In this document: positions 25,972 to 39,800 of the stretch, one piece after another | How the letters are laid out: every line of letters begins with the position of its first letter | Numbering within the stretch: the first letter of the stretch is position 1 | Made by a program: the position numbers and the translations under genes | The notes under the pieces: generated by a model | Told to the model about the DNA's origin: nothing | Databases searched by the model: none | Seen by the model: the letters and a program-made list of their open reading frames with translations, nothing else | Source of the DNA: Phoronis australis | Lineage: Eukaryota; Animalia; Phoronida | Assembly: GCA_002633005.1 (NCBI GenBank) | Contig: NMRA01000432.1 | Coordinates: 130,070 to 194,069 of the forward strand | Length of the DNA: 64,000 nt | Direction: 5' to 3'

Positions 25972-28900
25972 CGTCGACTTTGATCAAGAACCCATCGTCA
26001 GGAAACAAGACGGAAATGATAACACAATTCCATGTGTACGACCACGTGATGTCATGGCGCATGTCTTCATTCTCACGCCATTCCAGTAAAAATGTACTTG
26101 TTTTCAAACTGTTTTATATTACAGCTCTAGCAAACGCTTTCTACCCAGGCTATATGACGATACCTACCTTCAGTGATCATCCCTACATATACAGGCCACG
26201 TCTTAAGGCTACGTACAGGACAATAGCAAAAGGTCCATATTTGGCTAACTTGAGAACGTCATATCTCAGAAATGGTGGATTGGGTTCATATGAAACGCTT
26301 TATTCACTGTTCTCCAAACCAATGTTAGGAATTGTTTTTGAAATTTTCACTTTTGCACGAAGGGCCATCAAGATATAATGAATGGTGTTTATGCAAAAAA
26401 GGACTTTAGAATTATTTGCGCTACGCTTATAACAAGTTTTTGGGACTATTTAGTAGAGTGTTGGACCACGAGCACTCCGATCAGCAACTCGATGTGATCT
26501 GCCGGGTCGAGCGGCTGATAAGACTCCTTGTAATTTTTGTCGTGTTTGTGACTTTTAGGGTAGCCAATCCTTAGCTGCCCTGATATTCATGCAAATTTTT
26601 AAGGTTGTCTAATGTATCTGTAAATTGCACCGTTTCTGTAAGTGCTTCGAATAACGACAGTTTGTGTTCATAGTGTATTTTTGTACCATTATTCCTGTAT
26701 AACGATTTTGGTCAGTGGTTGTTCTTTTCTTGTTTTCAGTTTACGCTATGCTTGGACTGTAAATAAAGGCTTTCACAGTATAAAACCCTCTGCTGTTGAA
26801 ACGTCTCCCCAGCCTTGTTAGTCCAAGTCACGTAGCTACCATCGCGAAGCGAGAAGCCAATATGGCGAAAGTCTTTTGCAAGCGTACTTCAGACAGATTC
26901 TCCACTGTGTTTTTGATCCCATGTCGTTAAAGCTGTTGCCATAATACTTAGCTGTACTTTCAGACGGAGCCCTGAGGTAACAAATAATCTGTTGGACACT
27001 GCGGAATATCCTCACTACCACTCCCTTAAACCCATTCCTAGATTGCGCCAGCTCACGCTTCATTGAAAAAGGTACGGGTCTAATCGATTCCCACACCACA
27101 GGTGAACTTCAGTAGTTTTACATTGCACTTCTACGTTCGGTGACAACATTGGGCACTACGGTAAGCTATTTCATAGCGCAATTGACAGTGAGAAAAACAT
27201 TTTCACGCATTTTTCATTATTTTAGTATCCAGTTTACAATTAAGGGTCCTTGGTTGACATTTCCAAAGTCCGCATCTATAGCTCTGCATTTAATGGTTTA
27301 TTCGCATTGGATGCTATTCAAAAACAAATATTTGTGAAATTCTAGGGAAGACAATTTATTCTAGTTTATCCAACGATACTTAATAATAGTCCATTGTTTA
27401 TCCAGCGCAGACGTATATTCATTTGATCGTGAAGTCTACTAGATGCTTTTAACAGGGACGAGCACTTGTCCTCTTTCGTTGTCTGCGTATTTTTAATCTG
27501 CAATCCAAGTGCGCCACTAACATCGTAAAACTATGTTAACTCTCCTTTTCACAACCAGTGTTTGCGGGACCGGGGTGGTAGCGGACAATCGTTTTGTCTA
27601 CAAATTCATGCGACGTGACTGGTTGGAGTTATTAGCTTGATTGATGTTAGAGCCAAAATATGAAGTAAACAATAAACCAACAACTTCTAGTCCCCAATAA
27701 GCTTTTCCTTGTTCTGCAAGCTGAAATCGAATATATATAACCAATTCTGACGTACCTGCCATTCTGAGCTTTCACACGTTTTAACCAATGCTCGATGATT
27801 CTGACATATCTCAAAGAGATCACCGACCAATGTCTTTAAGCCGTCTGCGAGTTGCACTGATCACGTGTTACATTAGGGACAAGATATTTTCACTTTCTAA
27901 ACTTGCATAAGACGAAATTTTTCTCACACCTAAGAACCATAAAAACGATTAAATATTACAAAAAAGCAATAAAATCAAGTCGAGAAGTTGTTACGGATTT
28001 AAACTAGATGTGTTGAACTTTTTGAACTTCAAAAGTATTTGCTGAAAAGTTGTACTTCACAGTGTCACCTAGTTATTCTTAATAGAATTCAACTTGTTAA
28101 AAAAATTAGACAGTTGGACAAAATTATAAAATGTAAATAAAACAAAATGCTAATTTAATGAACTTGTTGATTGTTTTAGTCGCTGACCTGTGTTTGTAAA
28201 GATATCCTTAATTTTTGGAAAATTGCAGACCTGAAGCAAAAGGTATTCATATATAAAACTTCCAAAGGTGCTCTGGAGTTTAAATAACAGGAGACATAAA
28301 AGGAATACAAGTCAAGTTGTTGTTCTAATAGAACCAACGTGTTATTTCCACAAGGACCCGCTATGCTGCGTTTTGTGTCTAAAAAGCTGATGCTAGACGT
28401 TTTTAAATGATAGCAACCTGTGACCTACTTTATTAAGCACTTCTGTCACACATTCACTCTTGAGTTTTTCAGCGTCTTGGGTGGCTTGTATGAAAGGATT
28501 TCATAGCAAATGATTACATAGTCTCACTTTATATATTATTGGCAAATAGGAACCTTAATCTCACAATCCTTTTAAGAAAGACTGATTTCTTCTGCTGAAC
28601 TACTAGAAGATTGAAGTAGCGTTTGGAAACAAAAGAGTGAATTAGTGGAGACCAGAGGAAGAACAGATGCAACTGGGAGAGGAACAATTATCTGCCAGAA
28701 TGTTCTCTGAAATTCAAAAAAATGCCAAGAAATTCATAATTGTATATGCACAAACCGTGATGCGACTATATTTAACGCCTTTCTTTAAATTGAAAAGAAG
28801 ATATGAATTAATAAGCTAAATGAAAAGCTAATTAAGCTAATCACTAATAAGGGCCAGCATCTGGTAATGTTATTATAATCTAATGTCTATTTCACACTGC

Positions 28901-29040
28901 AAGACAATACGGTTGTTCTGATTCAAAATATGAATGTCATAAGTCGAAGCTGTCAACTGAACCATGCTAAACCAACTGCCTGCTTAACACTTTGCTATAA
29001 GAAAATACTGAAGTCCTGTTACTAATACTCTTCATTATTA

Positions 29041-29217
29041 ACATGGCCATGCATCAGAACCATCAACGACATGGCCATGCATCAGAACCATCAACGACAT
29101 GGCCATGCATCAGAACCATCAACGACATGGCCATGCATCAGAACCATCAACGACATGGCCATGCATCAGAACCATCAACGACATGGCCATGCATCAGAAC
29201 CATCAACGACATGGCCA
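29041..29217. repeat. 28-bp minisatellite, six perfect copies
   Basis: Unit ATGGCCATGCATCAGAACCATCAACGAC. Confidence 0.97.
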
Positions 29218-32200
29218 GACAATCACATTGTACAAGCTTAGGGCAAGTCTTGTTTTAAAAAACAAATAATTAAAGTGCATTTTACTAGAAAGATGATTAG
29301 TAATGTTTTAAACTTGATTTCACATTTTAGATTCTGATAGTCATGTTTACTTACGAGTTTTGAATTTGTATTCTACTTAACGCATAAAAAAGTTTTACTG
29401 ATTACCAACATCTGTCAAATACAAAGTATTTATCACTCTCATTCACATCCAAGTTGTTTACCATCTTTGAAGTGAAGTGAGGATTTTAGAAGATTGTTTT
29501 ATATCTTTAATCACGTGTTGAAAAGTTAAAATCCTAAAGTACATTCCCACCATGGGCCTAACTCAGGTGTTGATTTCGTGCAAATTGTCAGTCGGTGTGT
29601 TTTGATTAAAAAAACACTGAATCAGTATCAGAAGACCAATAAAGCTTAAATACTGAAGTTTGAAGTATTCTGAATAAATATCTTAGCCACAACAAACAAT
29701 TTAATACTACATATTCAGAGCGTACGTCCGTCACGTCCGTCCGACACACTCACTCACCTTACGTCGAGTTGTCTGACAAATTTTTCTGAGAAGGTATCAC
29801 CAAAAAATTGATGTGTTGTACTCTTCCAACATTCCACTAAGTCATCATATAAAATAAAAAAATTTAACTTCATGCAACACACAGAAAATTAACGTTAAAA
29901 ATATTTTTTCATTAATTCAAATTCTCTGCGTATGTCCGTAACACTCCTTTCAAAGCAATTTTCTCAGTCAGATAAAAAGATAGGAAAAAAGTTGATAAAT
30001 GATTTGAAAGTTTATCAATGATACCTAGCCATTGATGTATTAATTATTTTCCAAAGAGGAAATTTTTTCACAATTGATCTGCTTGTACGTCTGTCACAAA
30101 TGGAATTGCCCGAAAGTGTTACCAGTTTGCATGCTCATCGATGCTACGTCGACGTCAAACAATACTAAGGTTTATTATCTATCAAATTTTACGATGGACT
30201 CAGTGACAGTTAAACTCTAATTTAAAATATCAATCAAATCCCCAGAATTTTGCCACGTGATCTCCTACTATGTTATAAGAAGCCAACTATGTGTCAGCTG
30301 GTAGTGGTTTCGATAGTAGATCTGTCAAATACAGTCTGAGCGCTGTCAATTTGGACTTTATTCTCGATGTTGGAATCTTCTGACATCGAAGTTCTTTCAT
30401 CGACACAATTAAGTTTTCCTGCCCAATTCGTTCGACGTGCCAACATTTGTTGAATCGCGTGAGGCAAGCAAGCACAAATAGGGGAGCTAAGCCTTGATTA
30501 TTTTAGAATGGTGAACGAGTCAAAACACTGCCTCAGTGAAACGCTTTTAAAAAAATCAAACGATTACTAATCTCCTGTTAGCTGCGTAATTTCAATGATA
30601 AGTGTCTTCCTGTTTACATTCCCTAGATCCGTAAATACTGAGAAAATAGTGTGCAAGTAGGACTTGAAGGACTCTGTGACACCAAAACAGCTCCCAATAC
30701 GATCTTGAAAAGTGGAGAAACAAACTAGAACTCGCTAATCGTTGCACAGTTTGAATAAGAACTCTGTGGGCGGTGATGCACTCATCGCTGGTTTCTTGCG
30801 TGATCGCTAGGTGGTAGCAGGTATAATTTCTCGCTCGTTGCCTGTGTGCCGCTAGGTGGGAAGGTAGCCGCGCCAGCACGCAGTTTTCACATTTAAAATT
30901 AATTAATTAATTAATTAAAATTTTCCTCGGGAAATTTTTTACACCGGCGTTTCTGATTGGCTAGTCGAATTCTCAACAAGCAGTGCTTTACGCAAACAAA
31001 CGGGCATGACTGATGGACTGAAGTGTAAATGTGGTCTGTTATACAGACAAATCGGTGCTTAAAATTTATGTTCAGGAAATGTGAAGCCTAGAAATTGTGA
31101 TTGCGCCTTTTCGGCCGGAATGCATCTTTCTACTGTCGATGACTTTTGTTTACGATAGTGTCCTGTATGAATAACAAGACATCGGTTAAATCTGCCAGAT
31201 GTGTTTATTGTACATGTATGTGCTTCAAGCACGCGGCTATTAAACATCACTGCACCGAAATAGTTGCTGGGGGGCAGGGCAGAGTATAGAGTATTAGCCA
31301 GGATTTTGCCCGTCAGACATTCGCACCACCGAACTGCCAAATGGAATCTGGGAAAATGTTAGGGTGCCATGGCCCCCTTGGCCCTCCTCTAAGTCCGCCA
31401 CTGTTTGCTGTCACGCCACTGACAAGGCTAAACACCGTTAATAGTTCGCCATTCTCTTTCTTTGTTGTAAAGTTAACCAATGACTGCCGAGTCACGCTAC
31501 CAGCAAAAATTTTTGTTGGAACATCTGCTTACACACACCTTTTTTGGCATACGAAAAGTCGTATACGAAAAAATGTGGTGTGTATACAGGGGTTAAGACA
31601 ATTTCCAAATATTCAAGAGCATAATTAAGGAGCACCGACGGGGCGTAAAAACTTGAATATCAGATGATCGCGTAACAGCAGCCTCAAGTCGTTTAAGAAC
31701 GAAGACCTGTACTGTTAGTCCGGAAATAAACATGTGTTCTGTCTCGTTACGAGAAAAACTGGCGAACGATGGTGCTCTCAACTCATAGTCTATTATCAAA
31801 AGCGACAATAAATAATTAGGTATCACTTTATTAAGCTGAATCACGTTGACAACAATTGAAAAACGTCAAATCTATCAGGAAACAAATCATCTGAAAACAG
31901 TTTCACGTAACCAAAACATCCTGTGCACAGTGGTGAAAAGATACACTGGACTAGTTTGCAGAGGGACCAGATGTACACTGAGAGTACACAAAAAGCTGAC
32001 CTGGTCCGTCACGAGACCAAGAGTACACCTGTGCTTATTATCCCTATACAAATAGTCGATCTGTCGCAGGACCAAACAGTACTGGCTGAGATAAATAGTT
32101 TTACAAAGCTCACTTTGGTAAAAAAACATCACAACACTAGTTCGCCGAGGGACCAGAGGTACACTGAAACTCAACCTCTACACACATCAAGCTGGCCTGG

Positions 32201-32279
32201 TCCGTCGCGAGACCTAAAGTGTACTATGCAAAAAATTTTGAATTGAAAACTTCTCTCTAAAATTTTAATCCCCAGTGGT

Positions 32280-33486
32280 TACTCATACGTTAGTCCTATC
32301 CTTCTGTTGTCTAGACTGCCGAGGAATTTGTATATCGGATCCAATGATTTGCTCGTCTTGGAACCATGCTATCCACATATCTTCGATGTTTGTTCCCAAC
32401 GCTTGCACTTCGTCAATGAGCTTGTAAGCCTCTACAATGTCAGCATCTCGTTTCGCAGCTCAGTTGACACTAAGACCCTTGAGGTTGCCAAGTCCATTCG
32501 AAAGACTTACATGCGCAACTAAATTCGATCCGTTCATCATGGACTACTTCAAACCTTGACGAAGCATCCCAGGACCTATTTGCACCTCTGGCAATTTTCG
32601 AAATAAACGTTCCAATGTCTGAATGCTTGACACCCGAAGTACTAATATCAAATAAATGCCCATGGGCATGAGCGTTTCATCGGGTGAGCCTTTCTGCGGA
32701 ATTTCCCAATATAGAAGACGGCAGTGTGCTTATTGCAGGTAGACAGACGGTAGGTGTTGAGGTCGGAACTAGGGCTCCTTAGGAGGCCTATTGAACATCG
32801 CACGAGTCCCGCAAGAACAGCCTCCCCGCAATTTCTGGTACTGTACACTTTTCGCAAATGCGGTCACTTTCTCAATGTGAGTGCCCCCATGGTCATTCCT
32901 TGTATAGACATAACTTGTTATAGAGTGTGTCTTCAAACGGACTCGCGACCAGACCACGGCGCCCGCCACAATAGCAATTCTTCGGAAAAAGATTTTTTTT
33001 CAAAAATATTACATGTACATGTACACAATATTACATATACATGTACACTGTATGATATTGCGCAAGACAACTTTACTATACATCAGTTACAAACGTGTGT
33101 GGAGTGTAATAGAATGACACGGCATGACAGATGAGGTAAAAACGTTGCACGTCAATTCGCCTGAATATCAGGGTTGCGGCACCGCAGTATTTCCCCTAAT
33201 CAAATCAAAACTTATCTTAGAGTAAAAAAGCTAGTTACCTAAAGAAATCAGCTATAGAACTGCTCTTTCAGCGGTGAATTCATCTAAAATGCTTGGCTAC
33301 TTCAGAAGTGTCGACGGAAGCTCGCGCACAATAAATCCCCGCGCGTTTTGCCGATGAGCCACAAAGACTCAGCAATTCAATTTGTTTTGCTGGAGACGCT
33401 TTTTTTTTTTCTTTTTTTTTCTAATTTTTGGGTCCTGGCCCGAGGGGGGTTTAAACCCCCTTAACCCCCCCGTAGATCCGCTTCTG
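32280..33486 (-). mobile_element. Inverted copy of the deleted hAT-type element at 16609-17960
   Basis: Reverse-complement similarity over more than 1 kb; terminus CCCCGTAGATCCGCTTCTG. Confidence 0.75.
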
Positions 33487-34774
33487 GGAAGAACACCCTG
33501 TAGCCAATATCTTACACGATTAACTCCATTCTGGCATTTATGGTTGATGGCGAGCTCTCCTTTGTTTGATAATTGCTCTTATCTCCAGTAAAATCATGTC
33601 TAGCCTAACTGGACTGTGATGCTAAAAATAAAAGTTAAGTTACAACACATTTGAACATAAACCAATAGCGTTTTTGAAATCCTCGTCAAATGATTATTAT
33701 CTTTAGTTTTTGAATCGCCAAAATCGCACGGAGTCTGTAATAAGCCTGATAGATAATTAGCCTGCCTGTTGTCCTACCAGACAAAAGACTATGCTTGGCA
33801 GTTAACAAACAAGCAAGCTGGATGTTCTCACACGCTCACAAACCTTTACGCCTGGTAAAGTCCCTGACCGGAAAAACGTCGTCATGAACAAGTTTTTGTG
33901 ACGGTTTTTAACTTCAAAACCAAAGACCGAAAAATATGAATTCTTTTCGAAGCGAATAACCAAAATTAGCTTAATACATTTTATCTAGTCAACTGAATTT
34001 CACTCAGTAACAATCATTCGGCTTACCAATGAATATGTTGGAGTTTGTTTAATACATGGACAGCTTAACAGGTGGATCACAAACTCTGGTCGATGTAAAA
34101 ATTTACTCAATTGATTTTGCTTCTCTGATCCGGCCTTACGTTTTGAAAACCGTCTACAGCACGTGTTTAACTATTGTGAACAGCAAAATGAATACATGTA
34201 CCTCAAGAAGACAAATGAACACTCAAATATTTTACCAGAATTAGACCCAGCTGCGTACCAGCTTTCATTGTTGACCGGTGATGATCTTGGTTTTGGTATT
34301 GGTTTTGAGAACCCAACCAACACGCTACCTTTTATCTTATCTGCATATGATACCCCTCGCAGTGGATGACTCACGTAAGGAAAGATCAAAGTTGCCGGCC
34401 TGGTTGTCTGTGACTGATAAACTGTAAAGAATTGTTAATCTTATATCATTCCTCGGCGTGTTCCATAAATGATTGCCCTTGAATCGTCCTGTGTATCATC
34501 GTCAGACAATCAATGCTAGTTGGCATGTTTTGAGCAAAACGAGTCAGTGCCTATCGGACCATTTGAAATCGAAAGACGGATGATGATAAAAACACCATTA
34601 AGTGTGTTTTGGTAATCGTCATATTTGTTTTAGTCCGGGAGCCAACTGCTGTTTTTTTACTTAACCTGGATTTGCCTGATAAAATTTTTTTATTTGCTGT
34701 TTCATGTAGCCTAGACATAGTTAATCATGATTTAGGGGGGTGACCGTTCGCAACCCTTGAGCATCTCTTAAAAC

Positions 34775-35760
34775 ATGCAAATTAAGGTCGCCATTATGCA
34801 AAATTCTGTTTTAGCTTATAACTTCCTTACCGAGCACTGCAGCCAGATAATTTTGACGTTTTTACCCACGTTTTCATGGTCAACGAATTTAACAGTGCAC
34901 GCTTTTGGTGAATGCATTGTTACATTTTCAATTTGCATAATTTATGCAAATTAAGGTCGCCATTACGCAAAATTCTATTTTTTATAATTTCCTTACCAAG
35001 CACGTGCAGGCAAGTTATTTTGATGCTTTCACCCATATTTCCGTGGTCAACTAATTTAATAGTGAAAGTTTTTGGGTGGATACAGCGTCAATTTGCATAA
35101 ATTAAGGTCGCCATTATTCAAAATATGACTATGTTACCAATCATCAAAGCTGAATTATCATGATATTTGCACCTATGTTTCTATGGTCAATTAGTTTAAT
35201 GAAATCAGTTTGCATGTTGTTGCATGATAAATTTGCATAATTAATGCAAATTAAGGCCACCATTATTAAAAATTATATTTGCTTGAAACGTACTTACCAA
35301 GCACTTCTTAACGTTTCTTTAACGTTTTCACCTATGCTTCCATGGTCAGTGAATTTAATGGACCTCGTTTGCTTGTGAATACATCGTGAATTTGCATAAT
35401 ATATGCAAATTAAGGCCATCATTATTCAAAATTCTACTTTTGCTTATAGCTGAAGTACCAGGATGAATTTTCATAATTTATGCAAATAAGACACCAGTAT
35501 TCCAAATACTGTTTCTGCTCATAATTTCCTTACGGCATTTCATGTAGATTGTTTTCGAATTTATCTCATGTTTTCATGGTCCTCATGAATTTTCATAATT
35601 GATAATTTACACAAAATACAGCTGCCATATTCAAAATTCTACATGTGCTTATAATTGCTGCATCAGACACCAGAGGTTAGTTATAAATATTTGCACCAAT
35701 GTTTCTGCGGTCAATGAACTTAATGAAATCTGTTTGCATGTTGTAGCATGATAAATTTGC
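34775..35760. repeat. Degenerate 150-170 bp tandem array rich in ATGCAAAT; resumes at about 36925-37145
   Basis: Recurring ATTTGCATAATT(A/T)ATGCAAATTAAGG(T/C)CGCCATTAT-CAAAATT. Confidence 0.8.
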
Positions 35761-36169
35761 AGAATCTCCTTCTTGGCGATGAAGTAAGAAAATATTTTGT
35801 GTAGTGTCTGTTCTGCAGTTTGAGACCTTAAATTCCGAAAAAAGGGTATTGCCTATTGCCGTGCGCTCCCACAGACCATAGAAAAAACGCAGATTAGTTT
35901 AATGACTTGGGTGAATGTTAGAATGGAGCTCGGAGCGATCAGTTTATAGGGACCACATTCATGAGGTACGAATACAATAGTGAGGGAATAGTAGCGAATT
36001 GACCTCAATGAAGAGACTCTCAAGCTTAGGGCGCAAGTTGCAGTTTGTCCAACAAGATTGAAACACATCTTGGAGAGATGGAGAGTGGTAACAATAGATC
36101 TCTTATTAAAACCTATCACAGGGAAGAAAGTAAGGCACGTCTTGATGTACATGCCCAGGATATTGCACG

Positions 36170-36870
36170 AAACAACAACAACGGAGTGGCCATGGGTTCA
36201 CCCCTGGGACCATTGTTAGCTAATTATTTTCATGTGCAATCTTGAGACTGGCTAATTGTCCACCGGACTGTAAACCACAATTTTAAGGTAGGTATGTGGA
36301 CGAAACGTTTTCAATCACATGAACAATACGCATCCGTCCGTCAACTTCACCAGTGAATCTGAGCACGAGTCGTGTTTACCTTTTCTGGATGTTTTGGTTA
36401 AACATAGGTTTTTCTGGGCTTTATCTTAAATTTGATAGTTTTGTACCGATCCAATACAAGAGAGGTCTAGTCAACTGCTTGTTACACAGTGCCTGGAGAA
36501 TATGTTGCACCAATATAAATTTTGATAATAACGTAGCCAGGATTTTCCAGTTATTGCGTGCCAATGGCTACCCTCTGAATTTTTTGAATAGCTGTAAAAG
36601 GCACTTCCTTTCAAAATGAATTAGGCGGATAACGTAGCTGTTATTGGACCCGAGAAAAAGAAAGTGTTCTTTTCTCTTGGTTACACCGGGCCAAGTAGTA
36701 TAACATTTAAACGTTAATTATCTCGCCTTGTACATTGCATAGACCCAGCCGTTGAACTGATAGTTGTTTTCAAAACTCTTCGTAAACTTTCCAATATGCT
36801 GTGTAAACTGAAGTCACCCATCCCTTTATTAAACAATAACGATGTTGTTTATAAGGTTGAATGTGCAAAA
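36170..36870 (+). mobile_element. Penelope-like retroelement remnant (RT C-terminus, start of GIY-YIG), frameshifted
   Basis: GVAMGSPLGPLLAN, RYVDE, FLDV, YLKFDSFVPIQYKRGLV, ANGYP, VVYKVEC. Confidence 0.8.
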
Positions 36871-39800
36871 ATTATTCAGAATTCTTCTTGAGCTTAAAGC
36901 TACTGTACCAGGCACAACAGATGAACTGCCATGATATTTGCACCTATATTCTTTTGGTCAATTAGTTAAATGGAATTGGTTTGCATGTTGTTGAATGATA
37001 AATTTTCATAATTAATGCAAATTTGCATAACTAATGCAAATTAAGGCCGCCATTATTCAAAATTCTACTTGTGCTTATAGCTGCGGTGCCAAGCACCACA
37101 GGTAAACTCTCATGATACTTGAACCTATGTTCCTGTTGTCAATTACCGGGTTAAAGTCCTTCTCTCACGCGTTGTTAACCCTCATTACATGGTTAGAAGA
37201 TGTTATAAGGATCCAACAAGTACCTACCCCATAACTAATACACGATCCGTACTCGAAAACAGTTTAAATGAACGCGCCACTCACGATTCGCACCCGAAGA
37301 AACACTGCCATTTTGAACTTGCCGCGAACCCGGAAGTACAATTCATTCAGGAACCCAGGCCGAGAAAACGCCGTCAGTGCGACTGGAGCAGTGCCTGTAC
37401 TGTTACCAGCCAGCAAACGGGGATAAGAAAATCGACAGAGCGCCTTAATTTTGATAAAATCAAACTACGGACAATTTTATGGAATTTGCTGAAGAAATGT
37501 GGCGAATAAATTTTGACAGAAATTATTTTGCCAGCCTCGGGACCGCAGCCTATCGGATCCGGTGCGGATCGAGACCAGACACTGGCGAACGGTAAATGAA
37601 TGCGGTTGCAAGCTCTTTTGTCGAAGTAAAATGGTCAAATGATAAATGCTGCATATATTTAAGGGTAGTTTCAGACACTTGCATGAAATTACGGGCTCAT
37701 TTCGTGCCGGGTTAGTCCTGTGTCACACTGCCGCGGCAGACCTTAGTTAGCCTCAGTCACCAGCTACCAGTGAAGACTATAGTCAAAATACAGCTTGTAT
37801 GCCTATACAGCTTTGCGCCAAGACTATCCTTAGGCCTAACTGGTCGCTGGCCACAAACACAAAAACACGAAAATTGAACAAAGTTTCTTTTTTGTAGCAA
37901 CGTTTGTCAAAATATATCAACGTTAAATCTTCACAAATTACAAAGTAGCCGATTGAACATGCCTTTCAGTTCAGCAAAAGTCGACATTGTAGGTGCCGCC
38001 AGAAATGAGACGCGAAGTCCAACGGGATTTGTGAGCACATTTATCACTTAATGAGTAAGAACTGCGAGGGTGAAATTTGGTGAACACTGCTAAATCGTGC
38101 AGAATATTAAGTAAAGATATGTCTAACTAAATTTTACCGCAATTTGTTGGCGAAAACAATTTACACAAAGTTTTAAACTCGTAACTCATCCCGCTGTCCT
38201 CCAATATGGCCGACGCGATCCAAACAAAGTCACCCAAATTTCGCCACAAAACTTGCAATAACTTTACAGTGCTTGCCCTGATTTTTACTGAGTAGAATGT
38301 ACTACCTTTCCGATGATAGCAAAGTACTTTTTCAAAACGAGGAAAAAAAATAAAACCGAAAAAAAATAGGTTCGACCCATATTGGTTCCTAGGTTCGCCC
38401 CGCCTACGTAAGGAACTAAACATCAATGCTATTTTAACATACTAAGTACGCGTAACATTCCAAAAAAAATCAACGACCACTAACTACAAACTATAAATGC
38501 ACTACATATGCAAACGAATCACGATATATTACTAATAAAACAAAATAATGAAGACTTTTCGAGCAAGCCATAGCACATTCAGTTACAAGGAAAAAATGGC
38601 GGCGTTCAGGACAAGTTCCTGAACTGATGAGCCGGAAATGTGGGTACGGAAATAACCGATGACAACCGGTAATCATACGCTCAGAGAGAAGGGTCAAATA
38701 CTGTTAAAAAATCGCTTTTGGCAAGAAAGGCGAAAAGAATATAAAGAAAGGGTGTCGAAAATAAGAATTTATGTAGTAAGTATTTTCGGATACTGGAACC
38801 ACATGGGCAGTTTGCAAGAAGGACTTTAATGAAATCAGTTTGCAAGTTTCATGACAAATTAGCATAATGCGAATAAAAGCGGCCATTTCTTCTCCTAAGT
38901 TTTTTGCGGGGAGCACTACATGTAGATTATTTTGGTATTTTTACTGATGAATTTAATGTAATCTGTCATTACATCATAAATATAAATAATCTGTAATTTA
39001 TTACACAACATTACAAATTCTAGTTTTGTCTGATACGCAGGGTATATGTAGTAGATGACCAAATTATTTAATTGCATAATTGCATCAGTTTTTGGCCATA
39101 GTAAGATTAAAAAATGGACGATCACAGCCGTTATTTAGCGTATTGAGCTTCGCGACTAACACAATAGTTTTCTGGGAATAATGCGAGCTGCCATACCAAG
39201 TACCGTACTTGCGCAAAAAGATTGTTAGTGCAGTGGGCAGGTCTGCTTTGTCCCCTACTTTGAATATATTTAATTACTTCTGCCCACAAATTACCCGGAA
39301 TATTCCGGTTTCCTGAGTCCTGCTCTGCGGTTCAAGTCATGTAAGTTTCGAGTTTTTTGTATAGGATGCGCTATAACTGTCATTCTCATGCAAGATGGGG
39401 CACCTTCACCTCGGTCAAAGCGTACGCAAAAGTGGCGCCTCAAGTATATTACATCTAATTTTTGGCCTGCCTCCTGAAAACGCGCGTTTATGAGGATCTT
39501 GATAGATTGCAAGACTATTTTTGAATTGGTAATTGAAACATATGAAAACAAATCCCTTAATATGCTGTATTTATACTTTCATTTGAACAGTCAACTAGTA
39601 GCTTTCACTCAAAAGGTCGTGGAGAGATATCAAAAAACTTCCAGGAGATGCTCGGAATGGACAAAGGAACAATCAATTATATTCCAGTCATACAACGGCC
39701 GGTTTTTAGTACCAAGCAATCATGGAAAACCATCGTTTGGCTTTATCAGTGCTATCGCAAGCAGCGTGTCAGCACGTTTAGAGTGCACGCGCTAAGTCCG

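Noticed and set aside
29041-29217. CRISPR-like 28-bp repeats
   Set aside because: Units are directly adjacent with no spacers, no cas genes, eukaryotic context
34163-34369. 68-aa ORF
   Set aside because: No recognisable domain or convincing exon structure
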